64,000 nucleotides of DNA, taken from the NCBI GenBank assembly GCA_963703315.1, contig OY969811.1, forward strand, positions 2,016,001 through 2,080,000, in the 5' to 3' direction. The notes beneath the pieces are model-generated. The model saw only the letters and a program-made list of their open reading frames with translations. It did not search any database and was not told where the DNA came from. Made by a program: the position numbers and the translations under genes. Shown here piece by piece: positions 30,326 through 40,543 of this stretch (positions are counted from its first letter, which is position 1; each line of letters begins with the position of its first letter). The DNA is from an uncultured cyanobacterium (GTDB lineage Bacteria; Cyanobacteriota; Cyanobacteriia; Pseudanabaenales; Pseudanabaenaceae).

Positions 30326-32074
30326 TTAAAAACTAGTGGGATTTTTTGGACTGGAAGTGGTTTGGGGTGGCTCAGGGACAGGCTCACTGCTAGGAATGGG
30401 CGACGGCGATCGCGTTGGCTCTGTAGTAGAAATAGGTGTGGGTAAAGAAGTTGGTCGAGATGATTCTGTTGGTTTAGCAGTACTTGAAGGATCAGGCGAT
30501 GGACTAGTTGTTGGCTGCTCCGTAGGTGTAGCAGTGGGCTTAACTGTGGGCGTTGGGGTAAATGTTCTAGTGGGAGTTGGCTGTGGTCTTGGCGGAGCGT
30601 CTAGTTGTACTTCTAATTTATAAGTAGTTTCATTCGTACCAGTGGTTTTGATTTTGATGTAATAAACGCCATCCTTTTTTAACTTCCCTTTCCAATATCC
30701 CAATGCATTATTGATCGCTTTGCTATCTAAGCTAATTTCGTCATCGCTTTGAATTGTCATCTGTAAATCTGCACCAGTGAGGGATACAGTGAGCGAGCTA
30801 TCTTTTTCACCATTAAATCGTACATTTACGACTTGACCAGCCGCAATCTTCTCACTCACAACTCCCCGCTCTTGTCCTTCTCTAGTGGACTTGAGATCAA
30901 TACTGGTATTGATATTGGTGACATTGGCATTGCTGGGTGTGGCACTAGGTGAGGCGATCGCTGTTTCTGTAGGATTAACCGCAAGACGGTTGCGACCAAA
31001 AAAGAAAGAAGTGACTGCCCATGAGCCAATACCTGCAACTAAAATGATCAGAATTCCCACAAACCAGTTCACCCCGCCGCCATTATTACCACTAGGCTGA
31101 TTGGGGTTGCTATTTCCATAGTTTGCAGAAGAACGATTATTTGCACCTGCAACGACAGTCCTTTGAGGAATGCTCGCAGCTACATTCGATGGCACGGCTC
31201 GACCGACGACATAAGTTTTTGCCCCTGAGAAAGAAGCTTGAGCAACTTGAAGAGCTTGAATCACTTCATCGGCTGAACGGTAGCGATTGGTGGGTTTATA
31301 GCTCAACATTTGATTGATCACTCTGGCAAAGGCAGGATTGACATTGGTGAACTGTTGCCAATTCCACGCCAGATTGATGCTATCAAATAGTTCTGATGGT
31401 TCTTTCCCTGTCATCAGCACAATGGAAGTTACTGCCAGAGCATAGAGATCGCTATTAGCATAGGCGCTTCCTGACTGCAATTGCTCTGGTGGTGCATAGC
31501 CCGCTTTCCCCGCTACCGTTGAAGCAGGAATTCCCATTTGCGAATTGAGTTTGGCAGTGGTTTCTTGGACGACACCAAAATCGATGAGTACAGGCAAATT
31601 ATCCTGCGATCGCAACATCAAGTTTTCGGGAGAAATATCACGGTGAATAATATTATGACCATGCAAATAGCTCAGCACGGGCAGAAGCTGCTGCATCAGC
31701 GCAAAAATTTCATTCTCGGAAAAGGTTTGACCAACTTTTAGGCGATCGAGTAGTAAATTTCGATAGTTTTTACCTTCCACATAGTCCTGTACTAAGAGCA
31801 GCCTTCCCTCTGACTCAAAGGTGGCACGAAACTCAGGCACTTGGGGATGGCGAATTTGATATAGCACCGAGGCTTCACGCCGAAATAACTCCTTCGCTTT
31901 TTCGGATACTTCTAGGGAATCTTGCGGAGGGATAAATTCCTTAAGTACACAAGTCTCGTTAAATCGCTCTAGGTCTTGCGCTAAGTAAGTGCGCCCCATA
32001 CCACCCTGTCCAATCGTTGAGCGGATAGCATAGCGACCTTTAAGAACAAAACCTTGGGGGAATGGGGGTTGCAT
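30326..32074 (-). CDS. Pkn2-type membrane Ser/Thr protein kinase with PPC-like domain and Pro/Thr-rich tail
   Basis: GQGGMG, HRDISPEN, DFG, GYAPPE, one TM segment, PT repeats. Confidence 0.9.
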   Translation of the reverse strand: MQPPFPQGFVLKGRYAIRSTIGQGGMGRTYLAQDLERFNETCVLKEFIPPQDSLEVSEKAKELFRREASVLYQIRHPQVPEFRATFESEGRLLLVQDYVEGKNYRNLLLDRLKVGQTFSENEIFALMQQLLPVLSYLHGHNIIHRDISPENLMLRSQDNLPVLIDFGVVQETTAKLNSQMGIPASTVAGKAGYAPPEQLQSGSAYANSDLYALAVTSIVLMTGKEPSELFDSINLAWNWQQFTNVNPAFARVINQMLSYKPTNRYRSADEVIQALQVAQASFSGAKTYVVGRAVPSNVAASIPQRTVVAGANNRSSANYGNSNPNQPSGNNGGGVNWFVGILIILVAGIGSWAVTSFFFGRNRLAVNPTETAIASPSATPSNANVTNINTSIDLKSTREGQERGVVSEKIAAGQVVNVRFNGEKDSSLTVSLTGADLQMTIQSDDEISLDSKAINNALGYWKGKLKKDGVYYIKIKTTGTNETTYKLEVQLDAPPRPQPTPTRTFTPTPTVKPTATPTEQPTTSPSPDPSSTAKPTESSRPTSLPTPISTTEPTRSPSPIPSSEPVPEPPQTTSSPKNPTSF

Positions 32075-32130
32075 AAAACATTAACTAAATGAATATAAAT
32101 GGTTTAAATTTGGCTTTGCCAAATTTAGAC

Positions 32131-32652
32131 TTAATACCTTACTGCCATCGCACTACCACGAATCAAGTACTTCGACCCCTCAATATCTATAGATGTGCCG
32201 ACCTTGACCTTTTCATTGCCAAATACCACACCATCATTGGTGACTCTGGCAGTGGCTTCGAGGGTGAGGGCTAAGTCAGATTGAGAGGTGGAGACAGCAC
32301 GGGGATCTTCAAAATAGACCGCAGTGCCATCGGCTTTGGCAGCAACAACTTTGGGTATGGAGATGTCAACTTTTTTGATCGTGACTTCGCCGCGTGGTTG
32401 GTTGCGGATGATGATATTTACCTTGTCGCCAACCTTGACCAGATTTTGGGGATTAGTTGCACTTAAACCACGTACATTCATCTCTACTTGAACAGTTTTG
32501 TTCTCAGCCGATATCATTTGGGCGATCGAGCTACCGTTATTGCCAGGGACAACGAATAAGCCGATCAGGACGATCAAAATTGTGGCGATCGCACCGATGT
32601 CCAAAATGCTAAGTTTGCCAAATAAACGACCTTGCCGATCTAAAAGTGCCAT
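32131..32652 (-). CDS. DUF4330 family protein
   Basis: 'LDRQGRLFGKLSILD', 'IIIRNQPRG', 'KVKVGTSIDIEG'. Confidence 0.75.
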   Translation of the reverse strand: MALLDRQGRLFGKLSILDIGAIATILIVLIGLFVVPGNNGSSIAQMISAENKTVQVEMNVRGLSATNPQNLVKVGDKVNIIIRNQPRGEVTIKKVDISIPKVVAAKADGTAVYFEDPRAVSTSQSDLALTLEATARVTNDGVVFGNEKVKVGTSIDIEGSKYLIRGSAMAVRY

Positions 32653-32874
32653 GCGTATTTGCTAAATGTAACGGTGGAAATATATTGAAAGAGCGAAAAT
32701 TTGAGGATGCGAATAAACGCTGTCAGCATTACAGTATAAGTGCAAATTGAATCGGTAAAGACATCTGTGAAGACAACCAAAGTCGGGTTGTAGGCTTTCT
32801 CCCAAAAATCTGCAAAAAATTTAGTCAATAAGCAATTTTTGGTGGTGCAGCTAAGCTGCACCACCAAAAATTGC

Positions 32875-33504
32875 TTATTTCGGTTTTGACAATACATTCA
32901 ATAGCTCTTCAGCAATGATTTCTTGCAAAATGCTAGACATTTTAGGCATCAAAATTTCGTTAGTCCGTTTGAAAGAGTCATTGAAGATTTGGGGCATGAT
33001 GGCGATCGCCTTTTTACCCGTTGAGGATTTATAAAAACTAATGATGTCGCGTAGTTCTGGCTCACTAAAGTACTTGTCATAGATCGGATAGGACACTTGC
33101 TCGATTAGCTGACTAATATCAATTTTTTTGGCTACGCGATCGCGATATTTCCCAGCCATGCGCGAGATGATTTCGCTAAATTGCTTTTGGACTTCGGGGC
33201 GATCGCTATCCAGATAGGGAGCATCTTTTAACACTGTAGATACGAGCTTGGGTAACTCTGCGCGCACCATTGAGTCCATGACTTGACTGGCATTTTTAGT
33301 GGCTTGAGTAATTTCCAGTAGCTCTTTGATCAAGGCACGCTTTTCTGAGGAAATAACGGTTGAGGTTGATTGTTTTGGTTGACTAGTTTCACTGCTCTCT
33401 TGAGGTACTTGCGCGATCGCCTTTGGTAAATTTAGCGATGGCAATATTGAAGCCGCCGTGATCAACGAAGACAGCGTAACAGTTGCAAAAATACGATTAA
33501 TCAT
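32875..33504 (-). CDS. DUF2059 family secreted protein
   Basis: Signal peptide; 'YDKYFSEPELRDIISFYKSSTGKK'. Confidence 0.8.
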   Translation of the reverse strand: MINRIFATVTLSSLITAASILPSLNLPKAIAQVPQESSETSQPKQSTSTVISSEKRALIKELLEITQATKNASQVMDSMVRAELPKLVSTVLKDAPYLDSDRPEVQKQFSEIISRMAGKYRDRVAKKIDISQLIEQVSYPIYDKYFSEPELRDIISFYKSSTGKKAIAIMPQIFNDSFKRTNEILMPKMSSILQEIIAEELLNVLSKPK

Positions 33505-33517
33505 AATTAAAAGCCAA

Positions 33518-34141
33518 TTATTTTTGTTGTTCGAGATTGTAAGCCAATTTATCAGCGATCGCGGTTACCCAGTTTTCATCTTGTTTGGTATAGCTGCGTG
33601 CAACATTTGCTCCTAAGACCATGACTCCTTTTTCGCCCAGAGGTTGCACAATTACACCTTGAGTATTTTCGGGCAAATAGTCAAACTCTACACGCCCAGG
33701 ATAAAGCTCTAATTTCACTAAATAAACAGGCTTTTGAGTTTTCATTACCCTTTCGGCGATCGTGCCAATATTTACTTGTTTGCTCTTGCCCAAAATACCT
33801 CTGCGGAGAATAGTTTGGCGATCGTAATAAATAGCTACAACCTTAGTCACCGTATTAGTTAATAAAATATGCGATGCCCATGCTAATTCTGTCTTGATTA
33901 CTTCTGGTAAATTTTCACCAATTTCAAAACCTTCCTCGCCAACTAAAGTCACAGCATCAGGTGGTTTTGGTTGTACTTGCTGCCAGAGCAACCCAATCAA
34001 AATCAAAACTGCGCTCAATAAAATCCCTAAAGCATCAGCCCGTGATTGACTAGAGGTGAGATTTGCCGTCACCATGCGATTTGCTAACAGCGCTAAGCCG
34101 CCCACTATTCCCACCACAAGGGGCAAGTATCGAATCATCAT
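33518..34141 (-). CDS. ccb4: Cofactor assembly of complex C subunit B (CCB2/CCB4 family)
   Basis: Two N-terminal TM segments, 'ELAWASHILLTNT', 'LYPGRVEFDYLPENTQGVIVQP'; ATG at 34141 preferred. Confidence 0.7.
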   Translation of the reverse strand: MMIRYLPLVVGIVGGLALLANRMVTANLTSSQSRADALGILLSAVLILIGLLWQQVQPKPPDAVTLVGEEGFEIGENLPEVIKTELAWASHILLTNTVTKVVAIYYDRQTILRRGILGKSKQVNIGTIAERVMKTQKPVYLVKLELYPGRVEFDYLPENTQGVIVQPLGEKGVMVLGANVARSYTKQDENWVTAIADKLAYNLEQQK

Positions 34142-34268
34142 TTTTAAAACCAATAAAATCAGAGGTGATGCAAAGCATCACCTCTGATTTTATTGGTTTT
34201 AAAACATTTCTTGCCATAAAAAACTTATCATCGTTTTTTGTTACCCAACTCTAACAAATTCATAATTT

Positions 34269-35483
34269 ATGTTGCCTAGCGAACTCTTGATGCATCGACT
34301 GAATGGCGAAACTGTCGTTCCCAAAAGATTGAAATTGGATGATAAGCATCAGGCGATCGCTACGGAATTAATTGCTATTTTTGAGAGTTGTAAGGGATTA
34401 CCCCAGAGGGAACTCGATCGCCAATTGCAAGAACTAGAAGGTGATACGCCCGATTATCGTGTGAAGCGGGGACTAGCGCATATTCTCAAATCCAGCTTTA
34501 GCACCTTTGAAATCATTAGTCCCCTCGAACCGCAAGAACTGCGCCGCCGCATATTTGAACTTTCGGCTCAAGTCATTCCCAGTCAGCAAGCCACTGAGGA
34601 AACTTTAGCGAAACTTGCAGATAAACTCACTCCAGAACTCAATCGCGAAGTACTTCCTTCGCAAATTACTCAAGGGCTTTATGCTGACCTAATGGAGAAT
34701 CGAATTCTTACGCAATTCGATCCTCCAACTCCTGAAGACTTAATCCATCGCTATAATCTCTCGCAAGTGCAAGGGATCTTTTATCGCGCCAGTCAGATGA
34801 CGCTGAATGTGCATCGCAATGATCCAGGGGAATATAAGCTTCTCTTTCGATATCTCAAGCTCTTTCAATTAATGTCCTATATCGAAGGGGATGTGGATTA
34901 TGGCTTTACGATTACCGTTGATGGAGCTACCAGTTTATTTGGCACAAGTACCCGCTATGGACTAGCGATCGCCAAGCTTCTCCCTGCTTTACTCCATGTT
35001 ACTAAATGGAGCCTAAACGCCACCCTCGTCGAAAAAGATGCCTATTCAAAACAAAAGCGTACAGGTTTATTTACTCTCAATTCAGACTGTGGTTTAGTCA
35101 GTCATTATCCTGCTGGTAAAATGTATGACAGTGCGATCGAAGCTTCCTTCGCAGAGAAATGGGCTGATCTAAAAACGGAATGGAAATTAGAAAGAGAAGT
35201 GGATTTAATTCCTATTCCTGGAAGTGTGATGATCCCTGATTTTCGACTGGTACATCCTGACGGGCGGAGTTATTTATTAGAGATTGTTGGCTATTGGCGA
35301 CCCGAATATTTACGCAAAAAGTTTTCGCAAGTACGACAGGCTAATTGTGAAAATTTGATTTTGGCAATTTCCGAGCGGCTAAATCTCGAAAAAGCTGGAG
35401 TAAAGGTGAGCGATGTACCTGCGCTAACGGTTTGGTTTAAAGACAAGCTTTTACCAAAGTCCATTTTGCAAGTAATTCCATAG
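34269..35483 (+). CDS. DUF790 (Bax1-like) endonuclease
   Basis: 'MLPSELL', 'RYNLSQVQG', 'YDSAIEASFA', 'IPDF', 'LEIVGYWRPEYL'. Confidence 0.85.
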   Translation: MLPSELLMHRLNGETVVPKRLKLDDKHQAIATELIAIFESCKGLPQRELDRQLQELEGDTPDYRVKRGLAHILKSSFSTFEIISPLEPQELRRRIFELSAQVIPSQQATEETLAKLADKLTPELNREVLPSQITQGLYADLMENRILTQFDPPTPEDLIHRYNLSQVQGIFYRASQMTLNVHRNDPGEYKLLFRYLKLFQLMSYIEGDVDYGFTITVDGATSLFGTSTRYGLAIAKLLPALLHVTKWSLNATLVEKDAYSKQKRTGLFTLNSDCGLVSHYPAGKMYDSAIEASFAEKWADLKTEWKLEREVDLIPIPGSVMIPDFRLVHPDGRSYLLEIVGYWRPEYLRKKFSQVRQANCENLILAISERLNLEKAGVKVSDVPALTVWFKDKLLPKSILQVIP

Positions 35484-35561
35484 CAATAGTTTCTCGGTAT
35501 CAGCGATCGCCTAAATCCTTAATTGTCATATTTTAGGCGATCGCTAAGCGTCATAATTTAA

Positions 35562-35779
35562 CCCACATTCCGCTCGTAATGGAAGCCTAAAAATATTTAC
35601 AACGAGACAATGAGGGTTTCAGCGATTTTCTGAAAAATTAATGATAATAACTCCTATTAGTACGTCATTATTGACAATATTAAGATAGTGGTATTTTTCT
35701 GACGAAAGCCCAAAATACTTACTGTATAAGGATTTGTTTTCTAAATATTTTTTTCAGTAAAATAAGAGCGGAATGTGGG
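35562..35779. mobile_element. 218-bp non-autonomous MITE sharing ends with the IS1634-family element at 45368
   Basis: Left CCCACATTCCGCTCGTAATGGAAG, right GAGCGGAATGTGGG, 6-bp target duplication ATTTAA (35556-61 / 35780-85). Confidence 0.9.
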
Positions 35780-36926
35780 ATTTAAGTATTTAGCACGTTT
35801 TATATTTAACTTGCTGGGTTTCGATGTGTTGCCAGTATTTGATTTGGGCTTCTTGATGGCAATGCAAAATACCGAACCATTCTAGGCGTTCGAGGTTTTC
35901 TGAAATTGCATTTTTATAGCGGCTACCGTTTTTAAATTGGGCGGCGCTTTGGGCGATCAGTTGTTGCGATCGCGAGATCAATATGATTTACAGCTAAAAT
36001 GTTTACAATAAGAAATTGGGTAAAAAACTTTCGTATTTATGCAAAATAAAAATTTCTGGGAGGCATGTGTTGGTAAGACTATTGACGATAGGTATAGTTT
36101 GGAAAAGCTGATTGGTTCAGGTAGTTTTGGTGGAGTATTTCAGGCAAAGATGGTTGTGTTAGGGCATACGTTGCAAAAAAAAGTTGCCGTTAAACTAATG
36201 CAGGATGGTGATGTGGGAGGTATGCAGCACTGTGAACTTAAATCTGCGCTGAATTTGCCTTCTCATGACAGCCTTGTCCAGCATTTTAATTGGGGACAAG
36301 TGAAAATTAATGATTTCCCTATGCTTTATCTAGTTATGGAACTTGGAGAATATTGTCTAGATAGCTATAGAAAAGATAGACAAGTACTAAGTTCAGATGA
36401 AGTAAAGGAGATAGTTCTATCTGTAGCTGAAGGCTTATGTTATATGCATAGCAAGGTACATGGTGGTAGCGAACTCACTCCTCCTGAACAACTGACCCAT
36501 CGAGATCTTAAGCCAGCAAATGTTATCAAAGTTGGTAAAAAATGGAAAATGGCTGATTTTGGTTTTGGTAAGTCTCTTAATAAAGGCTCTGTGCAAGCGA
36601 CTCTGATTGGTGGTACAGATCGTTATATGCCGCCAGAAATTTTTGAAAGACAGTGGATATCGACGAAAGGAGATATATGGGCTTTAGGAGTAATGATAGT
36701 TGAAATGCTTGCAGGGCATCATCCTATTAAAGTTCCAATTACTAGCGCAACTATTCAAAAAGAACCTATTGATCTTGACGGCGTACCTGATGAATGGATA
36801 GAAATTGTAAATGGATGTTTGCAAAAAGACCATAAGGAAAGATGGACAGCACAACAAGTTTTAGATGCTGTAGAAACTTGGGACAAAAGCTTATCTGTTG
36901 AAGAACTTTATAATCAAGCATTTGAA

Positions 36927-37764
36927 GGTAATGTGTCAGACTTGTTGGAAGGTATAGTAACAAGGGTAAGAATAAGTAGGAAAAAAAGATGGTATTTGAA
37001 GTAGTCGAATGTCCAACCTGCGGAGGTGTAAACATCCACCGACATGGACAAAGTGCCACAGGTAAAAAACGATACATTTGCTTAAACATAGAATGTATGC
37101 GAAAGACGTTTATTCTTGATTACACCTATCAAGGGTATCGTCCAGAAGTAAAAGAGCAAGTGTCAGAAATGGCGGTCAATGGCAGTGGCATTAGAGATAC
37201 AAGTCGAGTATTAAAGATTAGTCCGAATACTGTCATCAAAGAGTTAAAAAAAAAGAGGAAGACATCGAATCTGTAAACTATTCTCTGCTAGAGCAACTTG
37301 ACATAGAAACGCTTGATGTTGACCTTTATCAAGTAGAAGAAGCAGAAATGGATGAGATGTGGAGTTTTGTTGGCAGCAAGAAACAGCAAAGATGGCTGTG
37401 GCACGCTATTGATCATGTGACTGGAAGGGTCTTAGCTTATGTTTTAGCTCCGCATAAAGATGAAGCCTTGGTTAAGCTCGTGAATTTGCTAAAACCGTTT
37501 GGAATCAAGCATTTTTTCACCGATGCATGGGGTGCATACGAAAGGATTCTTGATCCTCACACTCACCTAATCGGCAAGAAAAATACTCAGAAGATTGAAC
37601 GAAAGCATCTAACTTTGAGAACGAGGATTAAGCGTTTAGCTAGAAAGACGATTTGCTTTTCTAAATCGATTGTGATGCATGATATTGTCATTGGTCTGTT
37701 TATCAACAGATATGAGTTTTCGTTTCAATCCCATTGAACGCTCCAACAAATGTGACACATTACC
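36927..37764 (+). mobile_element. IS1-family insertion sequence (838 bp)
   Basis: Imperfect TIRs GGTAATGTGTCAGACTTGTTGGA / TCCAACAAATGTGACACATTACC; 8-bp TSD CATTTGAA. Confidence 0.95.
36989..37737 (+). CDS. insAB: IS1 transposase InsAB (insA 36989-37276; insB in the -1 frame, joined at the A9G run 37246-37255)
   Basis: InsA Zn-ribbon CPTC..C..C plus HTH; InsB 'MDEMWSFVGSK', 'TDAWGAY', 'TQKIER'; -1 frame open across the A-run. Confidence 0.9.
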
Positions 37765-38559
37765 CATTTGAACACTATAGATATGGAAGTTATGAAGCTG
37801 CAATCTCTAAATATAATGCAGCAATTCAACTTAAGCCTGATTACATTCTTGCTTATGCAGCAAGAGGAAGAGTTTTCAAATTTATGAACGATGATACTAA
37901 ATCCAAACAAGATCTAGAAAAAGCTATTACCTTATTCCCAATATTAACAGCCGAAGCTTATCACGCTAGAGCCATTGCTAAATCTGGATTGGAGGATAAG
38001 CAAGGTGCGATCGATGATCTTACTAAAGCTATTGAACTTAAACCCAATTATGTCGCTGCATACCGAGCGCGTGGAATAATACTAAAAGAGATGGGAGATA
38101 AAGATGGAGCCACATCAGATTTTTCCGAAGCAATTCGTATAGATCCTGACTATGCTGAGTCTTATTACAGCCTTGGCGTAGAAAAGTCTGACAAAGAGGA
38201 CAAAAAGGGAGCAATAGCCGATTATACTAAGGCAATTCTCCTTAAACCTAATTTTGCTGCGGCATTTATTAATCGTGGTTCTATAAGGTCTGCATTAGGG
38301 GAAATACAAAAAGCTATAGAAGATTATACGGAGGCAATCCGCATTCAACCTTGTTATGCCAATACATACACTTATCGTAGTAGTTGCTATGATAAGTTAG
38401 GAAAAAGACAAGAAGCTCTTGCTGATTTACGAGAAGCATCAAGACTTTATAAATTACAAGGGAAAGTAGATGAATACAATAATTCTCTAATCCGTATTAA
38501 AACGCTAGGAGGCTAATGGCATCATAATATTCTAGAAAGAATGTAAATTTACATTCTTT

Positions 38560-39333
38560 CTACGCAAGTTGACGCTGTGAAATAGCTAACCGTCTTTGTT
38601 TGACTAGCTCAGGAGTAGAACGATTTTTATCATCTTGCGAATCAAAACCAAGACGAACATAAACCTCACCACCAATTCCCGGAACAATAATTCCTTCAGG
38701 CGTTTTTACATCATCCTCAGCTAAGTACACATACCGAAACTTGTTATAAATATCCTCAGAAAATCCTTTTTTTAAACGATCCTCTGCCCCTTGATAAATA
38801 ACAGGTGCAACGATAAATATTTGTTTTGGTGATATCCTTGCGATCGTGTCAATCAAGTTAGTCCGCACAACACAAGCCCCTGAAATAATCGACTTAACGA
38901 TAATCAAGCTATCTACTTGAGCATCTGATGGTTCGAGATAACGCTTTAAGATAGGAGCAACTTGTAAATCAGCAATACCAAACGGCTTAAACCTTTTATT
39001 CCAAAAGCAAGAAAAAGTAACCTTGGCAAGAGTGCCATCCAATCGGCTAAGAATTCCTTTTGCAAGAAAATCAGCATCTTCAGCCGTACAAGCTAAATGT
39101 GCCGAACTTGAATTACTAACAATTTGCGATAAAACAGCGCCTGCCAGACTTTCTCCTAGTTGATACATACTTTGCCGATAGGAATCAATACTGCTATCCT
39201 TATCAGCAAGAGCATCGAGCAGCACTTTTTCCTTATCTCCAGCAAATTGTGTGTACTTTCTAGACACGGTTGCGATCGCTTGATTTTTTGTAAATATTAC
39301 CTTAAGTATAGACTCTCCCAAGAATTTGTACAA
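38560..39333 (-). CDS. Uracil-phosphoribosyltransferase-fold protein with degenerate PRPP loop
   Basis: 'SYRQSMYQLG', 'LIIVKSIISGACVV' at the PRPP-loop position, C-terminal 'IIVPGIGG..Y.RLG'; the true start may be the internal GTG (MSRKY..). Confidence 0.55.
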   Translation of the reverse strand: MYKFLGESILKVIFTKNQAIATVSRKYTQFAGDKEKVLLDALADKDSSIDSYRQSMYQLGESLAGAVLSQIVSNSSSAHLACTAEDADFLAKGILSRLDGTLAKVTFSCFWNKRFKPFGIADLQVAPILKRYLEPSDAQVDSLIIVKSIISGACVVRTNLIDTIARISPKQIFIVAPVIYQGAEDRLKKGFSEDIYNKFRYVYLAEDDVKTPEGIIVPGIGGEVYVRLGFDSQDDKNRSTPELVKQRRLAISQRQLA

Positions 39334-39334
39334 C

Positions 39335-40246
39335 CTAAAGCAAATTTTCTAAATCTTCAAATGTCGTAGGGCTTATTTGCAGAATAAGATTCTGTAATTT
39401 TTGAAACTCTTCACTCTCAAGACTGAAAGGATATGTACCATCCATTCCTAATACTGGATATTCCCAATAAAAAAAACCTCTAGAAATAGAATAGGTAAAT
39501 CCATTAATACTTTGTAGAATCGAGATAACTTTTGGCTCAAGAGCAAATGAATCATCTGATTTAAAAGAACGGATAAAGGATGGTTGACAGTTTTGCGCTT
39601 TCTCCAGAACATTACGCACAGTAGTTTGCGATGTATCACTGGATACCCATGCTCCTATTAAAACTGTTGCAACACATTCGATTTTGTCTTGCGTCGGATT
39701 CTCGAAAGCTGTTAAATAGGAAATAGCTTCTCTCAGTTGATTATTAACTGTCAATAATTCATTTATCGTTTTTCGATAAGGGAAGAAAATTACTGAGCTA
39801 TAAGCCTGAATATCCATAGGCATTTTCGCAATTAATTTGTTAGCCACATCTTCAGATGAAACAACGACTGACATTATAGATGAGCGATTGAGAGCATTTG
39901 TGTTAAGTTGAAATTGCATCCTAAAATCAAAAGCAACTTTGACATCGCTATTATCTGTTCCCCATGAAAGTGATTGTGATTCTTTAATTTGGAAGTGCTG
40001 TAAATCTAAGCCTACTCCGCGATCAATAATCAGATCGTCTACAAAAGCCACAATCTGACTAAAAATATCAATGTCCTCTAACTCTTGAATAATGATTTCT
40101 TTTGCCAGTAATGCTATTTGATAAATTGCAAAGAAATTTTCGTATGAGTTGCCCTTTTGATTAACCTGTCCTCCCCGATGTTTATTCCGTAAATAATTAA
40201 TATTTTCCTCATTGAGATTGGCTGCAAGCTGTCTGTCGGAATACAT
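39335..40246 (-). CDS. PD-(D/E)XK nuclease, DUF4297/Cap4-like N-terminal domain
   Basis: 'RGG....KGNSYENFFA', 'FVDDL', 'HFQIK' follow the G..Y(Q/E)..DD..QxK pattern. Confidence 0.6.
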   Translation of the reverse strand: MYSDRQLAANLNEENINYLRNKHRGGQVNQKGNSYENFFAIYQIALLAKEIIIQELEDIDIFSQIVAFVDDLIIDRGVGLDLQHFQIKESQSLSWGTDNSDVKVAFDFRMQFQLNTNALNRSSIMSVVVSSEDVANKLIAKMPMDIQAYSSVIFFPYRKTINELLTVNNQLREAISYLTAFENPTQDKIECVATVLIGAWVSSDTSQTTVRNVLEKAQNCQPSFIRSFKSDDSFALEPKVISILQSINGFTYSISRGFFYWEYPVLGMDGTYPFSLESEEFQKLQNLILQISPTTFEDLENLL

Positions 40247-40543
40247 TAAGGATTATCCTAATATTTAAGAATATCTTCTAAAATAGCTCAAAATCAGACA
40301 TCCTAAACACAAAGCCAAACACAATTCGCTAAAAAATCTAATAGTTCATTTCCATGTGAGCCTTGCCATTTAGCTAAAAACCCCTGAATATTTGTGCGAT
40401 CGCGATCTACCATGATATCTACTGAAACTTTCGGACAATTCTAACATTTTGTAGGCAATTTGAGGCGATCGCCTTTATCTAAAAACTAAATGAGCCTGAT
40501 AATATAGAAATCATATTTTTGTCGTCAACCAGCCACAACAGCC

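Larger units (their letters stand above)
36039..38516 (+). pseudogene. Ser/Thr kinase-TPR protein interrupted by IS1-family element
   Basis: Kinase (GSGSFG, VAVK, HRDLKPAN, DFG, YMPPE) ends ..NQAFE; TPR part resumes HYRYG.. in frame once the IS and one TSD copy are removed (543 aa). Confidence 0.9.

Noticed and set aside
37734..38516. Stand-alone TPR gene
   Set aside because: Its start lies inside the IS1 right end. It is the 3' half of the kinase gene.
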